A stretch of DNA of 64,000 nucleotides from Lytechinus pictus (taxonomy: Eukaryota), in NCBI RefSeq assembly GCF_037042905.1, contig NC_087245.1:21702001-21766000 (forward strand), in the 5' to 3' direction. Below, one piece after another: positions 40,201 to 50,043 of the stretch (its first letter is position 1; each line of letters begins with the position of its first letter). A model generated the notes under the pieces. The model saw only the letters and a program-made list of their open reading frames with translations, was not told the origin of the DNA and did not search any database. The translations under genes and the position numbers were made by a program.

Positions 40201-43200
40201 TGAAATTATGGAAATACAAGCATTGTTTCGAGGGATCATAACTTTTTTACCTCTTGACCATTTTCTGTGGTTAAGGTATCAAATAAAAGAGCAGATATTG
40301 AACTTTTTAGTCATGTGACTTTCTTTTTGAAATTCAGATACCCCCCGCCAAATGAGTTTTTGGCGTCCTTTCTTCGAATTGTTTTTGCTCGCTCATGCGT
40401 GAATGACGATGAAAGAGGAGATTCTAAGCTTTACGTTGGTGGGTCATTTGTCTATTGTATTTATGATTAAGTTATGATAAATCATCGCTAAATCTCGGTT
40501 TCGTTTTTTGTGGGACGCATTGTATAACGCATACACGCACGCACACATGCGCAAAAAAAAAAATGGGAAGGCTTCAAAAGTGTTATTTGATAGCTTGTGC
40601 AATTGCTTGACATACAAAACAAACAACTGACTCTTTCAAAACACCGAAGACATTTTTGTTTAATTCTTGGCGCGATAAAAGTCAAATTTATCATTATTAT
40701 CATTATTATTATTATTATCATTATTAAACTAATATGAATATGCCATGTGTTAAGTGATGATGTCGAGACGTTTCTCGAATCCACATAACAATGTCCGCAC
40801 AGGAATAGCTACAAAACCGACTCCAAAACGATGGTTAAATTATTGGTCAGTTTGGAGTCCGGGACCGGAACATAATAAATGGAGATGGAGCAAGAGCAAA
40901 CACAATCCCCGATTGCCTATAGGTCTTATTAGGAAAGATGCCCTTGTTATGATAATCACTTTTCGCTCCATCTTGGACTGGTAATGTGAGCAGAAGATAG
41001 TTCTTACCTTTTCGGGGGCATGCAAAAAAAGTGTGCAACATTTCCTGAAATATGATTAAAATCTATACTCGACTGTGCATGTACATGCACTAATCTGGCA
41101 TATGAAATAATGAACAACAATATTCCCACAACCGTATTTTCAATTTTTCTTTGTCGGTAACAATCGGGAAAGTGTCAAAATCTTTTTTCACTAAGACCAA
41201 ATTCTTACATTTTGATGGCAAACGCATCAAATTCTCATCATTGCTGTCATTGATTTTTTCCCTTAGATTTTGCAACAGTGCCGATGTGTATTACACTGAG
41301 TGTTGTACACGTGATGTGGAGCAAGGGTTGAAAGTCCAGCTCGCAACGCAAGAAAGGAAAAATGAACAGATGAAACTTCTTTCAAAACACATGACGAATC
41401 TCAAGTAAGAATTGATGCAATGCGTCTCAAATGGGTACTCCGGGCTGAAAATAACTATATCTAAATAAAGAGAGTGAAATTCACCGAGAAAAATGCTTCA
41501 AATTTCATCAGAATCTGAGAAGTAACGATGTTATTGAATTTCAAAGTTTAGTTTTTTTTTTTTTTGGGGGGGGGGGGTGTAAAATGTGCACGTCGTCATG
41601 CACATTCATTACGAGGACTAAGCAGTGAATTTGAGTTTATGAATGGCGCGGGCTAAAATAGCCCCTCCCTCGCGCCATTTTGGTGCTGCTTTTATCAGCA
41701 CCAGACCAGCCCCATCGTAAAAGTAGCGCGGATCTGCTACAGTTACTTCCGCTTGTGGTGCGGACTATTTTAGTGCGGGCCTGGTGCGGACCAAAGAAAA
41801 ATGAGTTACTGAAAACGGTATTATACGATTACGGTATACAATATTTTGGTGGTTGGATGGAGGCCAAGTTCTTGTGAAGCCAGGAACACTCTTTTCACAA
41901 AACGAAAAAAATGTAGCTTTAAATTTAGACATGAACATTCCAACCTGCACACTCTTGATAATCATTGTTCCGAATAGTAGTATGATTGTCTGAATTAAAA
42001 TTCCAGGCTATTACAAGCCTCCCTGTATGAATCAAGTAGTAGTGACGTCATAGCATTTTCGCAATCAGCTGGTATTTGAAGCCGATTTGGACTTCCCCAA
42101 CCACGACTTGCAATAAAGCAAAAAATTATTTTACTATTCATATTTCAAACTTGAAAGATGGTATTTGTACTTTTTTGAACTTTTATATTCCATGCAAAAC
42201 TTATGCAATTTGTTTAAAGATTTGGTCGTCGTCGGACTACTCATGTAGTGAGCTGAATAGGCCTTTCGTACTTTCGAAGACGATGTTGTCTTTCTTCATT
42301 GCTTTTAATCCACATTCAACGTTTAATTCTTCTGTTATTATTATGTCAGTGTTGAATCTTTCCTTTGATTCACGGGCGTAAATCCGGGGGGGGGGGGGTT
42401 ATATGTACAATCATCCCACCCCCCTACTTTTCAAGACAGAAACTAACTAAACTAAATCATCAAATGATTAATACTACTGTTGATGCGTGGATTCATCTTT
42501 AAATGCGATCAAGGTGCCCAATCTGCCCAATTTCGAGTTTTAAAAAGCAAAATTTCTCGCGCGGTCGCTCTGCTCCCGCCCTCAATCAAATCTTACAAGA
42601 TTTTGGCCCTGACAAAATCCCTACGTTTAGCTTCTTGCCAATGTTATATCCCCTGCATCATTAGAATATACATACGTCCACTTATGAATTGTATGATACA
42701 AAATACTTTTAAATATGGTTATGTATTTGATCACAAAACAATCAAAACATCCTTTAAATACACGGGCGTGAATGGGGTGGGGGGGGGGGGTCATATCATT
42801 GCATCTCCGTAGAAGCGGGAGACAATTTGTACAATAAATTTATGCATACTCTGTACTTCAAGTTAAGTGTACGATGAGTGACTGACCGATGACTGATCAA
42901 ATCAATATGCCGTTAATGAAACACAGGCAAGTTAGGAATAACAATGCACGCACTTTACAATTCTATCGTTTATAGGAGACTTTAAATCTCAATGATCCCC
43001 TAACAATCTAATAGATATTTCAAATATGAATTTTGTTCAAAATTTTGAATATTTTGCATATCATCTCCCAATATAATCTTAAACATTATTCAAAATCTTT
43101 CTTTTCTGCAATATTTTTCTTTTAATTTGCATGCTTATGCTATTTCCAACTTTTTGGAAGTTGTGGCCTTTGATGCCTATTATGATATAGCATCTGGTTA

Positions 43201-46200
43201 TCCCCGATTCATGATTCCTTCTTTTCATTCTCATCTCACCATGGACCAGTGAGCAAATGAATTTTCATTGAACAAAATGTGGAGTATTTAATACTTCTTT
43301 GCTCTTTATATTTCTTTCTTCGTTTCTTCTAAAGTTAAATTTATTGATAATTTACCTTTATCAACCTCTTTAATTATATGCACATCATTTTAAACGATTG
43401 AAGCAACTTTTTCAAGTCTCGTCCACTACGCTAACTCGCTGCACCTTTCCCACATTATTACACACCCCTTGGAAGACGATTTTTGTCATCATTCTGACTT
43501 CCGACTACTAAATGATTACTCGGTCGCTTCGCTCGCTCACATATTAATATTAACTGTTATTCATTACTCTATATCACAAGTCCATAACAATAAAGCCATT
43601 GAAAAAAAATGATAGGCCTTTTAATGAAAGATGATCAATTCAATTCATACATATTTACAGTATGTAGGTAAACATTGGTCGTGTTGTGATTATTACCCAC
43701 CACTTCAAAGAGGTTTTTACACCATTTTGTCTCCCAACTACTGAAAATTTGCTCGCTCGCATACTGACTTCAAGTGCAATTCATTACTTTATAGCCATCA
43801 AGAAAATCGTTATAGGCCTTTAACTGAAAGATGGTAGTATTATGTACCTGCATGGTTATAAACCCCCGTATGCATAGCCCCTTGGTGTGTGTGTGTGACG
43901 GGGGGGGGGGTCCCTAAAATTTTGAATTTTCAGGTCAATATATTGCTATCACCCCCCCCCCCGCTAGAATTTAAGCCAGTGTTGTGATTGCATGAGATTT
44001 TTTGTCAAGCCACTGAAAATTCCAGTTTCGTCGGCCATGTTTGGGAAAATTACAGCACAAAGTGCCTGGCTAAAGGTTACTTATAGGCTACTTAATCCTT
44101 AACCTAGGCGTAGATATCTGTATGGTAGGCTCCTTAAAACCCAAGAAAACAACAACAACAACATTAACTGGGCTTTGTGGCATGCATCTGTAACAGCTAT
44201 GTGGGGAAGTTACAAATTGATGCAGAGGTTCGAGCCCTGGTCACGTCTATCGAATGGTGGCGTTAAAGGTCGGTCCCATACATGCACCGTACGCAGAAAT
44301 TTTTCGCTGGGGGGCAGCATACGTAAACTTTTCTTGTAAAAACTTGAAAGCGACCGAGCTCGACATTGTGGCGCTTTTGTCTTTTTAAATTATTTTTGAA
44401 TTATTTCTTGCATACTTTTTGTGAATTTTGTGAGAATTTTCAGTAAAAGAAATGTAAATTTTCAAAATTTCGCTGCGCACGGCCATGACTCCCATATCTG
44501 TTTGACACACATCTAAAAATATCACATACACACACCCACCCAAACAATCACACCCTCAACCACATTGAAAGATTGAAGTGGATCAAATACTTATACATAC
44601 TTCAAAGAAACTTCGAATTGTAAAGCTCAACACAGCTTTGTTATAACGACAAGAGGAAGAAAAACTTTCTAAATTATACGAAACGGATACTCGAAACTAC
44701 TTTTTCTCTTACTTAGAATACATCAGTTGAATATAATTAGATATTGACGAGGTAAATATAATAATGTATCATATTCTGTGGGAGTCTTTTGTTTTACTAC
44801 AGGCAAATTTGAAGAAAGTGATATGTCATAATCGTCATTCTCACCTATTAAAAAGAATATTCTAAAAAATGAAAAAATGATACAGAATTACAAACCGACA
44901 ATGATGTAATGCGCCAACCATTTAGATGTTGGTACAACATGGCGTATATAGGCTATACGGGAAAATGTTAGCCCTTTAAAATATAATTTTGCGATAGATT
45001 TTGATATGATATTTAGCATTGATATCATCAGTGGCCTACTGTGAGTCACATCATGGGAGGGGGGAACAAGCAAAAAGTATGTGTCAACACCAACTGAGCG
45101 CGCGAAGAGCGCTCAATATCTAGGTATACTTAATATTCTAAAGAGACACTTTAAGGACTGTTGGTAAGAATTCTTGCAATGGGTATATACTGCGTCTTGC
45201 TAATCAAATAATGCGAGCGCGAAGAGAAAATCAAAAATTTTGATATTCAGACCTAGGAACGGTAAGTTTTGTAATCATGCTTCGTACGTGTATCACTAAG
45301 CTGACACTGAGCTGAAAATTTTGTATATATTTACCATCAAATGGGACACTTTGAGGACACTCTTTAGCAATTTATGAATACCATACGTTATCTCATCAAG
45401 GTCGACCAATTCGAGCGCGAAGCGAGCGTCGATTTTTTTATTAGAGAAAACAGGAAATTTCAAGAACATTTGGTAATAATAAAACACAAAAGGGATTACG
45501 TATCTAATTAATCTGATATAGTGAGCGCGAGCTGACATTTTTTTATTTACAGGCTTGAAAATAGACATTTTAAGGACTTTTTGTAGGAATTCCTAAGAGC
45601 ATACGTATTTTAATAATAAAATAATGCGAGAGCACGAAGTGCGAGCTAAAATTGTATATGTAGATCAGAAATAAAATGGACATTTGAGGACTGTTTTAGG
45701 AATTCATGATGAGCATACATATTTCACCGATGCAATACTGCGAACGCGAAGCGCGGATTGAACATGTTTTCGATACGAGAGCGGTGTTGGCTCAGTCGGT
45801 AACGCGTCTGCCCGTCGAACCAAAGATCGTGGGTTCGAGTCCACCCCGGGCGGATGACTGAAGCCAGTGCGTTGTGTGTAAACGTCTCTCCCATGTTTCA
45901 TAGATGCAGGCTATGTTACAATGGAAAACACTCCGTCCCTCGGATAGGACGTTAAATGGAGGCCCCGTGTAGAGGAGAGTCACCACCTTTGCACGTTAAG
46001 AACCCACTGCACTATTCGTATAAGAGTAGGGGGAAACCCCGGTGTAGTGGTCCACCTGCATTCCCCCCAATCAGTTACATCGGGAGGAGAGACCTGCGGG
46101 TCATAGTGATTCAGTTCGCTTTTCGCCTCCCAGGCACAGGTGACGCCAAACAAATAATGATAATAATAAATAATAATAATAATGATACATGTTCAGATTT

Positions 46201-46863
46201 TAAGTAATCATAAAATAAGATGCGTATGTCACTACATGAAATAATAAACGCTCAAAGCGAGAGGGAAAAAATATTGTCAACATTTCTCTCTTTTTCTTTT
46301 CCCGCTATGTCTCTCTTTTCCCCTCTTTCTCTTCTTTCTCCTCGTTTTTTAAGCAGCTGGTGGGGGGAGGGGGGGGGGTGCCCCCTACCGAAGTTACGCC
46401 TTCCTGTTTTTTCTTTGTTCTTTTTTTTCTTCTCTTTTTCTTGGTCGTGGAATCTTAAGGGCCTGAGCTCCCAAAGCCAACTCCCATTTGTACTCTTGGG
46501 ATAACAGGTAGAAAATAGTACATATTTTCGAAGACAATTTCGTCTTTGAAATACATTACTTTTAAATCCAATTTATACCTTTTATGAATAATATGGTTTC
46601 TTAAACTTTACAATTTACATCTTGGTACAAGGAATTTTTTTTAAAAACATCATTATGAGTATCAATCATCAGCATGATCAGTGAGTTTCCTTTTGCTAGT
46701 AATACTTCAGTCACAGTCAGTGTTCACTTTCACCACTGTTTCTTTTTGGGGGGTCATTTCTATTTCTACTTTCAGGGAAGAGGCAGGTCATATCCGTGGC
46801 AGATACAACATGGACGACAAAGAACCAATCGACAGTGATGGTATTCGAGAAGACTCCAGATGA
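22023..46863 (+). CDS. Divergent mitofusin/fzo-family dynamin-like GTPase, 16 coding exons, about 729 aa, apparently lacking the transmembrane hairpin
   Basis: Hand-spliced GT-AG exons: 22023-22203, 28293-28401, 29194-29503, 29803-29933, 30387-30495, 30851-30955, 31515-31650, 32379-32443, 34561-34682, 35514-35640, 36475-36579, 37075-37165, 37741-37923, 39364-39553, 41267-41404, 46776-46863. Total 2190 nt, all phases compatible, no internal stop. Motifs MKVAFFGGTSSGKT (G1), LPSGMGDTTSCF (G2), DCPG (G3), TQWD (G4) and CFFYSGREAL resemble mitofusin MKVAFFGRTSNGKS, LPSGIGHTTNCF, DSPG, NRWD and [10 protein letters not shown]. Confidence 0.88.
23273..24164. mobile_element. Tc1/mariner-type MITE
   Basis: TA|CAGTGCGTAT...ATACGCACTG|TA. 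Confidence 0.7.
24275..24545. mobile_element. hAT-like MITE
   Basis: CAGTGACGTA...TACGCCACTA with exact 8-bp TSD TGCTGGCC; related inverted copy at about 26628-26890. Confidence 0.8.
25125..25478. mobile_element. Old MITE with about 60-bp inverted arms
   Basis: ATGAAATTCATCACAACAC...CTTGTTTGACAT versus ATGTCAAACAAG...GTGTTGTGATGAATTTCAT. Confidence 0.6.
26400..27117 (+). mobile_element. Degenerate Helentron/HINE-like element interrupted by a hAT-like MITE
   Basis: AGGTCAAAGGTCA repeats; 3' end ATGCAGGTG..GCCAGAGGCGTCCCCTTGTT resembles the end of the 59261-60244 element. Confidence 0.55.
28293..28401 (+). CDS. Mitofusin-like exon 2
   Basis: Ends LLRKKMKVAFFG(G); donor GG|GTGAGT, phase 2. 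Confidence 0.9.
28426..29015. mobile_element. Kolobok-like MITE (TTAA TSD) with long inverted arms
   Basis: TTAA|AAGGATGGTCCGGGCTGAAA...TTCCAGCCCGGATCATCCCT|TTAA. Confidence 0.85.
29194..29503 (+). CDS. Mitofusin-like exon 3 (P-loop, switch I, long insertion)
   Basis: CAG acceptor; TSSGKTTTLNAMIGRELLPSGMGDTTSCFIQIE...; donor GAG|GTTTGT. Confidence 0.9.
29803..29933 (+). CDS. Mitofusin-like exon 4
   Basis: ALEDLCDA...LLNYDLQIMD(C), like LLKDDLVLMDS; donor TG|GTATGG, phase 2. Confidence 0.88.
30387..30495 (+). CDS. Mitofusin-like exon 5
   Basis: PGITKCRELGDRVKTFCADSDVHVFIVNPKTVMSPE, like [36 protein letters not shown]; 109 nt. Confidence 0.88.
30851..30955 (+). CDS. Mitofusin-like exon 6 (G4 motif)
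   Basis: ERDHFVEVGKRLPKPDIIVGYTQWD, like [25 protein letters not shown]. Confidence 0.9.
31515..31650 (+). CDS. Mitofusin-like exon 7
   Basis: VKARHVDSVFEMLKKLDVVSTREEAQERCFFYSGREAL, like [38 protein letters not shown]. Confidence 0.9.
32379..32443 (+). CDS. Mitofusin-like exon 8
   Basis: GYFVKDWEKRREDFRRFISKIE; CAG acceptor, GTATGT donor, phase 1 to 0. Confidence 0.85.
32508..33985. mobile_element. Cluster of four full or partial copies of one MITE (TIR TGCTTTTCACAC) in alternating orientation
   Basis: Inverted partial about 32508-32822, forward about 32825-33333, inverted partial about 33334-33503, forward about 33519-33984. Confidence 0.85.
34561..34682 (+). CDS. Mitofusin-like exon 9
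   Basis: ERATSSGMTTKL..., like ECISQSAVKTKF; 122 nt, donor AT|GTAAGA, phase 2. Confidence 0.82.
35514..35640 (+). CDS. Mitofusin-like exon 10 (HR1-like coiled coil)
   Basis: 127 nt, phase 2 to 0, charged helical sequence MSDGKENMDNMTKSLELFQIKRAEFVKESEEKKRKALNVISES. Confidence 0.8.
36475..36579 (+). CDS. Mitofusin-like exon 11
   Basis: 105 nt, phase 0 to 0, VLHCMNEVSKKM...VHRYAE; donor GAG|GTGAGT. Confidence 0.8.
37075..37165 (+). CDS. Mitofusin-like exon 12
   Basis: NALMDWYRKMLAEFQRATEKVCDDYSFGIL; donor G|GTGAGT, phase 1. Confidence 0.78.
37741..37923 (+). CDS. Mitofusin-like exon 13
   Basis: CAG acceptor, open frame ESYENHMKDFPHQAPRAF...RRRRISA; donor CAG|GTATTT, phase 1. Confidence 0.72.
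37945..38103 (-). mobile_element. tRNA-derived SINE (5' part)
   Basis: Minus strand has A box TGGCCGAGTGGTCTAAGG and B box GGTTCGATCCC, then a CORE-like ATGCCCGTGAGCAAGCATT; no complete cloverleaf. Confidence 0.75.
38729..39328. mobile_element. Kolobok-like MITE (TTAA TSD)
   Basis: TTAA|AGGTCGAGTCCACCC...GGGTGGACTTGCCCT|TTAA; same family as 20570-21135. Confidence 0.82.
39364..39553 (+). CDS. Mitofusin-like exon 14 (vestigial hydrophobic segment)
   Basis: VETDEERNILLRRIAAAAGVFFTQVRQWIRASIESQLENL...RCYEAVEA; donor GC|GTGAGT, phase 2. Confidence 0.72.
39775..40522. mobile_element. Tc1/mariner-type MITE with long TIRs
   Basis: TA|CAGTGCGTCCCACAAAAAACGAAAC...GTTTCGTTTTTTGTGGGACGCATTG|TA. Confidence 0.88.
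41267..41404 (+). CDS. Mitofusin-like exon 15 (HR2-like coiled coil)
   Basis: Strong TAG acceptor; FCNSADVYYTECCTRDVEQGLKVQLATQERKNEQMKLLSKHMTNL(K); donor AA|GTAAGA, phase 2. Confidence 0.78.
45779..46185 (+). mobile_element. Full-length tRNA-headed SINE with Nin/Deu-like central domain
   Basis: A box TGGCTCAGTCGG, B box GGTTCGAGTCC, CCCTCGGATAGGACGTTAAA...GCACGTTAAGAACCCACTGCAC core, (AAT)n tail. Confidence 0.85.
46776..46863 (+). CDS. Mitofusin-like terminal exon 16
   Basis: Pyrimidine-rich CAG acceptor, phase-compatible; EEAGHIRGRYNM lines up with mitofusin NKAGWLDSELNM; TGA at 46861. Confidence 0.7.
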
Positions 46864-47498
46864 GGAATGAGTTAATAACCGACTGAAGTAGGATGGAAAA
46901 TAGGAGAAAGTAGTCGGAAGGAAGAATGAATAGGCCTCATTAATACTTAAGTCAATATGGAAACTTATATAATTCATCAAAGTGATAAATATAAATGGAA
47001 AGAGGGGCGACAACATGATCACAGCACGGCAATTAGAACGGTATTCATATGCATATCCCATTATTGTTACAAACACACAAACACAACTTCCACATTCGAA
47101 TGTGTATATTCCCTTATTCTGTGTAAATATTAGCATTTCTTCCTAAAGGAAATATTGACATATCACAATGATATTGCCATTCTATTGACGTGCTTCCCTT
47201 TTTAAAAGCATCATAATTATCATTTTAATATATAATGACATCCTTACTTTAGATGTTTTTGAGAGTGTATACTTTTCATATCGGGTTTCTCATTTTAAAT
47301 AACTATAAATTATCAATCTTTGTAATATGAAATGTATAATTGTCAACCATTTTTATCTTTACATAATCCGACATTGTAAAATATACAATACGGTTGTAAT
47401 GAAAGATTGAATTGTATTGAAATTGAAAAAGTTGTATATTGTCAATGACCAAGGGTCAGACGTATATAAAATACATATTGTTGTAATGTTCCCCCATG

Positions 47499-47966
47499 GG
47501 TTACACTTCGTAATTCCGAAGGTTCGTAATTCTGAAACACGTAAATTGCCTATACCTCGATGTTCGTTAATCCGAAAACGCAAAAGGGTTCGTTAATCCG
47601 AACATTTGTGGCGTTATTCCGAAGGTTCGTTATTCCGAAGGTTCGATAATCCGAAAACGAAATTAGGTTCGATGTTCCGAAGTTTCGTTAATCCGAAAAC
47701 GAAATAAGGTTCGTTGTTCCGAAGGTTCGTTGATCCGAAAACAAAATAAGGTTCGTTGTTCCGAAGGTTCGTTAGTCCGAAAACGAAATAAGGTTCGTTA
47801 ATCACTTCGTTTTCGGACTAACGAACCTTCGGAATTACGAACCTCATTTCGTTTTCGGATTAACGAACCTTCGGAATTACGAACCTCACTTCGTTTTCGG
47901 ACTAACGAACCTTCGGAATATCCGAACCTTCGGAATAACGAAGCTTCGGAATTACGAATGTATGCG
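47499..47966. mobile_element. Foldback MITE built from TTCG/CGAA subrepeats
   Basis: Inverted arrays of TCCGAAGGTTCG; flanking direct repeat CCCCATG; sister copy at 62788-63259. Confidence 0.85.
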
Positions 47967-48059
47967 CCCCATGTACCTGCGTACTATGGAGAATCGATTA
48001 TCATTGTGTCTTATAATAATACTTATCTTAATCAGTCTTTGATCTTTTGATAAGACAAC

Positions 48060-50043
48060 GGCTAGATGTAATAGTCTTTATTTCCTCATCTTTGTTTCTG
48101 AATCCAACCTCTCCATATGAAATTATTAATCTTTGCCATTAACTTAAATCATATAAAGCAACATGCCCAGATGATGTATTAACTTCTGTTTTGAAAAAAT
48201 GTATACACTTTTTTGTTGAATCTTTGTGTTGTATTATAATTAATCTCTTGTATCAGGAGTATATCCCAAAAACTTAAAATTGCCAAAGTTATTCCTTCAT
48301 ATAAAAAAGGTCCAGTTGATTGTAAAGAAAATTATAGGCCCATTGCACTTTTATCTACTTATTCAAAATTACTCGAAAGAATTATGTATAAAAGAATTTA
48401 TAAATTCTTATCAAAAAATAATCTGCTAGTTTCAGAGCAATTTGGCTTCTGGAAAAAAACATTCTACTTCTTTAAGCATATTACATATTACAGATTATAT
48501 ATCACGTAAATTTGATGAAGGTAAATTTTGCTGTGGGGTTTTATAGATCTTTCCAAAGCATTTGACACCATCGACCATCACATACTGCTTGAAAATTTGT
48601 ATTATTATGGTATAAGAGGTGTATCTCTTAAATGGTTTAGTAGTTATTTATTTGAAAGGAAACAGTATGTGATGGTCGATGGTGTAGCATCCAATTTCTC
48701 ATATATAAATACTGCTGTTCCACAAGGATCTGTGTTTTGGCAACTGTTATTTTTGTTATATATAAATGACATTTATATACATACTTTAAATATTATCAAA
48801 TTTTCATTATTTGCTGACGATACTGCTGTCATTTCATCTCACAAAGATATAAATATTCTGATTTGTAATATTAATGTTGAATTTTTAATAGAGAAACTAA
48901 GTGAATGGTATATTTATAACAAACTCTTTTTCAATGCTGATAAAACACATTACATAATATTTCATTCCAAACAGAAAAAAGTTTCTTGTCAAGTTTACCC
49001 TGTGAATATTAAAAATGATATTCTTAAGAAATCTGATATTGTAGAATTTTTAGGCATCAAACTTCATGAATCACTATATTGGTCTCACCACATTTCTCAT
49101 GTTTGTTCTAAAATCTCAAGGGGGGGGGGGGGTTGGTATTATCACACACTTTAGAAACACACTGTGAAAACATATTTTATTAACTATATACAACAGCATT
49201 ATATTACCACATATCAATTATTGTAATATGATATGGGGCAACTCTTACAAGACACACCTATACAAAATTCATATTCTTCAAAAACGTGCTGTCCGTATAA
49301 TTACTCATTCTAACTACATGACACCAAGTACTCCTCTGTTTTGTGACCTGAAATGTTTGCCAGTTTTTTATCTTGTTACAGTAAACCATTTAATATTTAT
49401 GTTCATTTTTCATAAAAAAGATCTCCCATTAATACTCAATTAAAACAATTTCTTTTTATCATTCCTATGAGACCAGAAACAAATCAAAATTTCTTATTAC
49501 TTTTGCACGTACCTCATTAAACCAACATGCAATAAGATTTCAGGGTGTTCATGATTGGAATTTGTTACCTTATGTTGTGAAAAATTCTTCAACTTTAACG
49601 AGATTCAAATGTTTATGTAAACAATTATTGTTTAAAGGTATGATGTGCACTGAGTAGAGGGCATTCTTTCTCCCTCTCGATCTCTATCCTCCCTCTTTCT
49701 TTCTCCCTATCTCTCCTTTTCTTTTTCTCTCCCGCTATCACTTCCTTTCTTTCTTACTCTTTGACTTTGTTAACTTCTCAATGTTCTGCATATGGGTGTG
49801 TGTTGGTATGTTGTGTGTATGAGGCATGTTTTCTTTAAATCTGTTTTACACTTTAAAAATGCATGGACCTATTAATAGGTCCATGGAAAATGTAAGATCT
49901 GTTTTGTTTTGTAAATTATTGTACAGGGCCCCATCCTCGCAAGCTATGCTTTTCTTGGGGTCTTTCCGATTTCTATTTATGAATTTTGCATGTATTTATT
50001 TTGATTGAGTTTTTAATGGAAAATAAATGAACTGAACTGAACT
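48060..50043 (+). mobile_element. 5'-truncated, decayed L2/Crack-like LINE (reverse transcriptase pseudogene)
   Basis: [43 protein letters not shown] and LQKRAVRII motifs across shifted frames; AATAAA plus (TGAAC)n tail. Confidence 0.93.

Noticed and set aside
42960..44830. Alternative terminal exons for the mitofusin-like gene (AG near 42976, 44717, 44802)
   Set aside because: They hit stops within a few codons in the required phase and lack similarity; the exon at 46776 matches the mitofusin C-terminus.
45779..45856. tRNA gene
   Set aside because: It is the head of a SINE with a second copy and an (AAT)n tail.
22023..46863. Horizontally acquired bacterial dynamin-like protein
   Set aside because: Intron positions and phases follow the animal mitofusin pattern, indicating duplication of the host gene.
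47499..47966. Short regular repeats and the 63-aa repeat ORF as a CRISPR array or repeat protein
   Set aside because: They are subrepeats of a foldback MITE with inverted arms and a second copy at 62788.
48528..49443. Functional reverse transcriptase gene or novel RT system
   Set aside because: Multiple frameshifts and stops, 5' truncation and a typical LINE tail.
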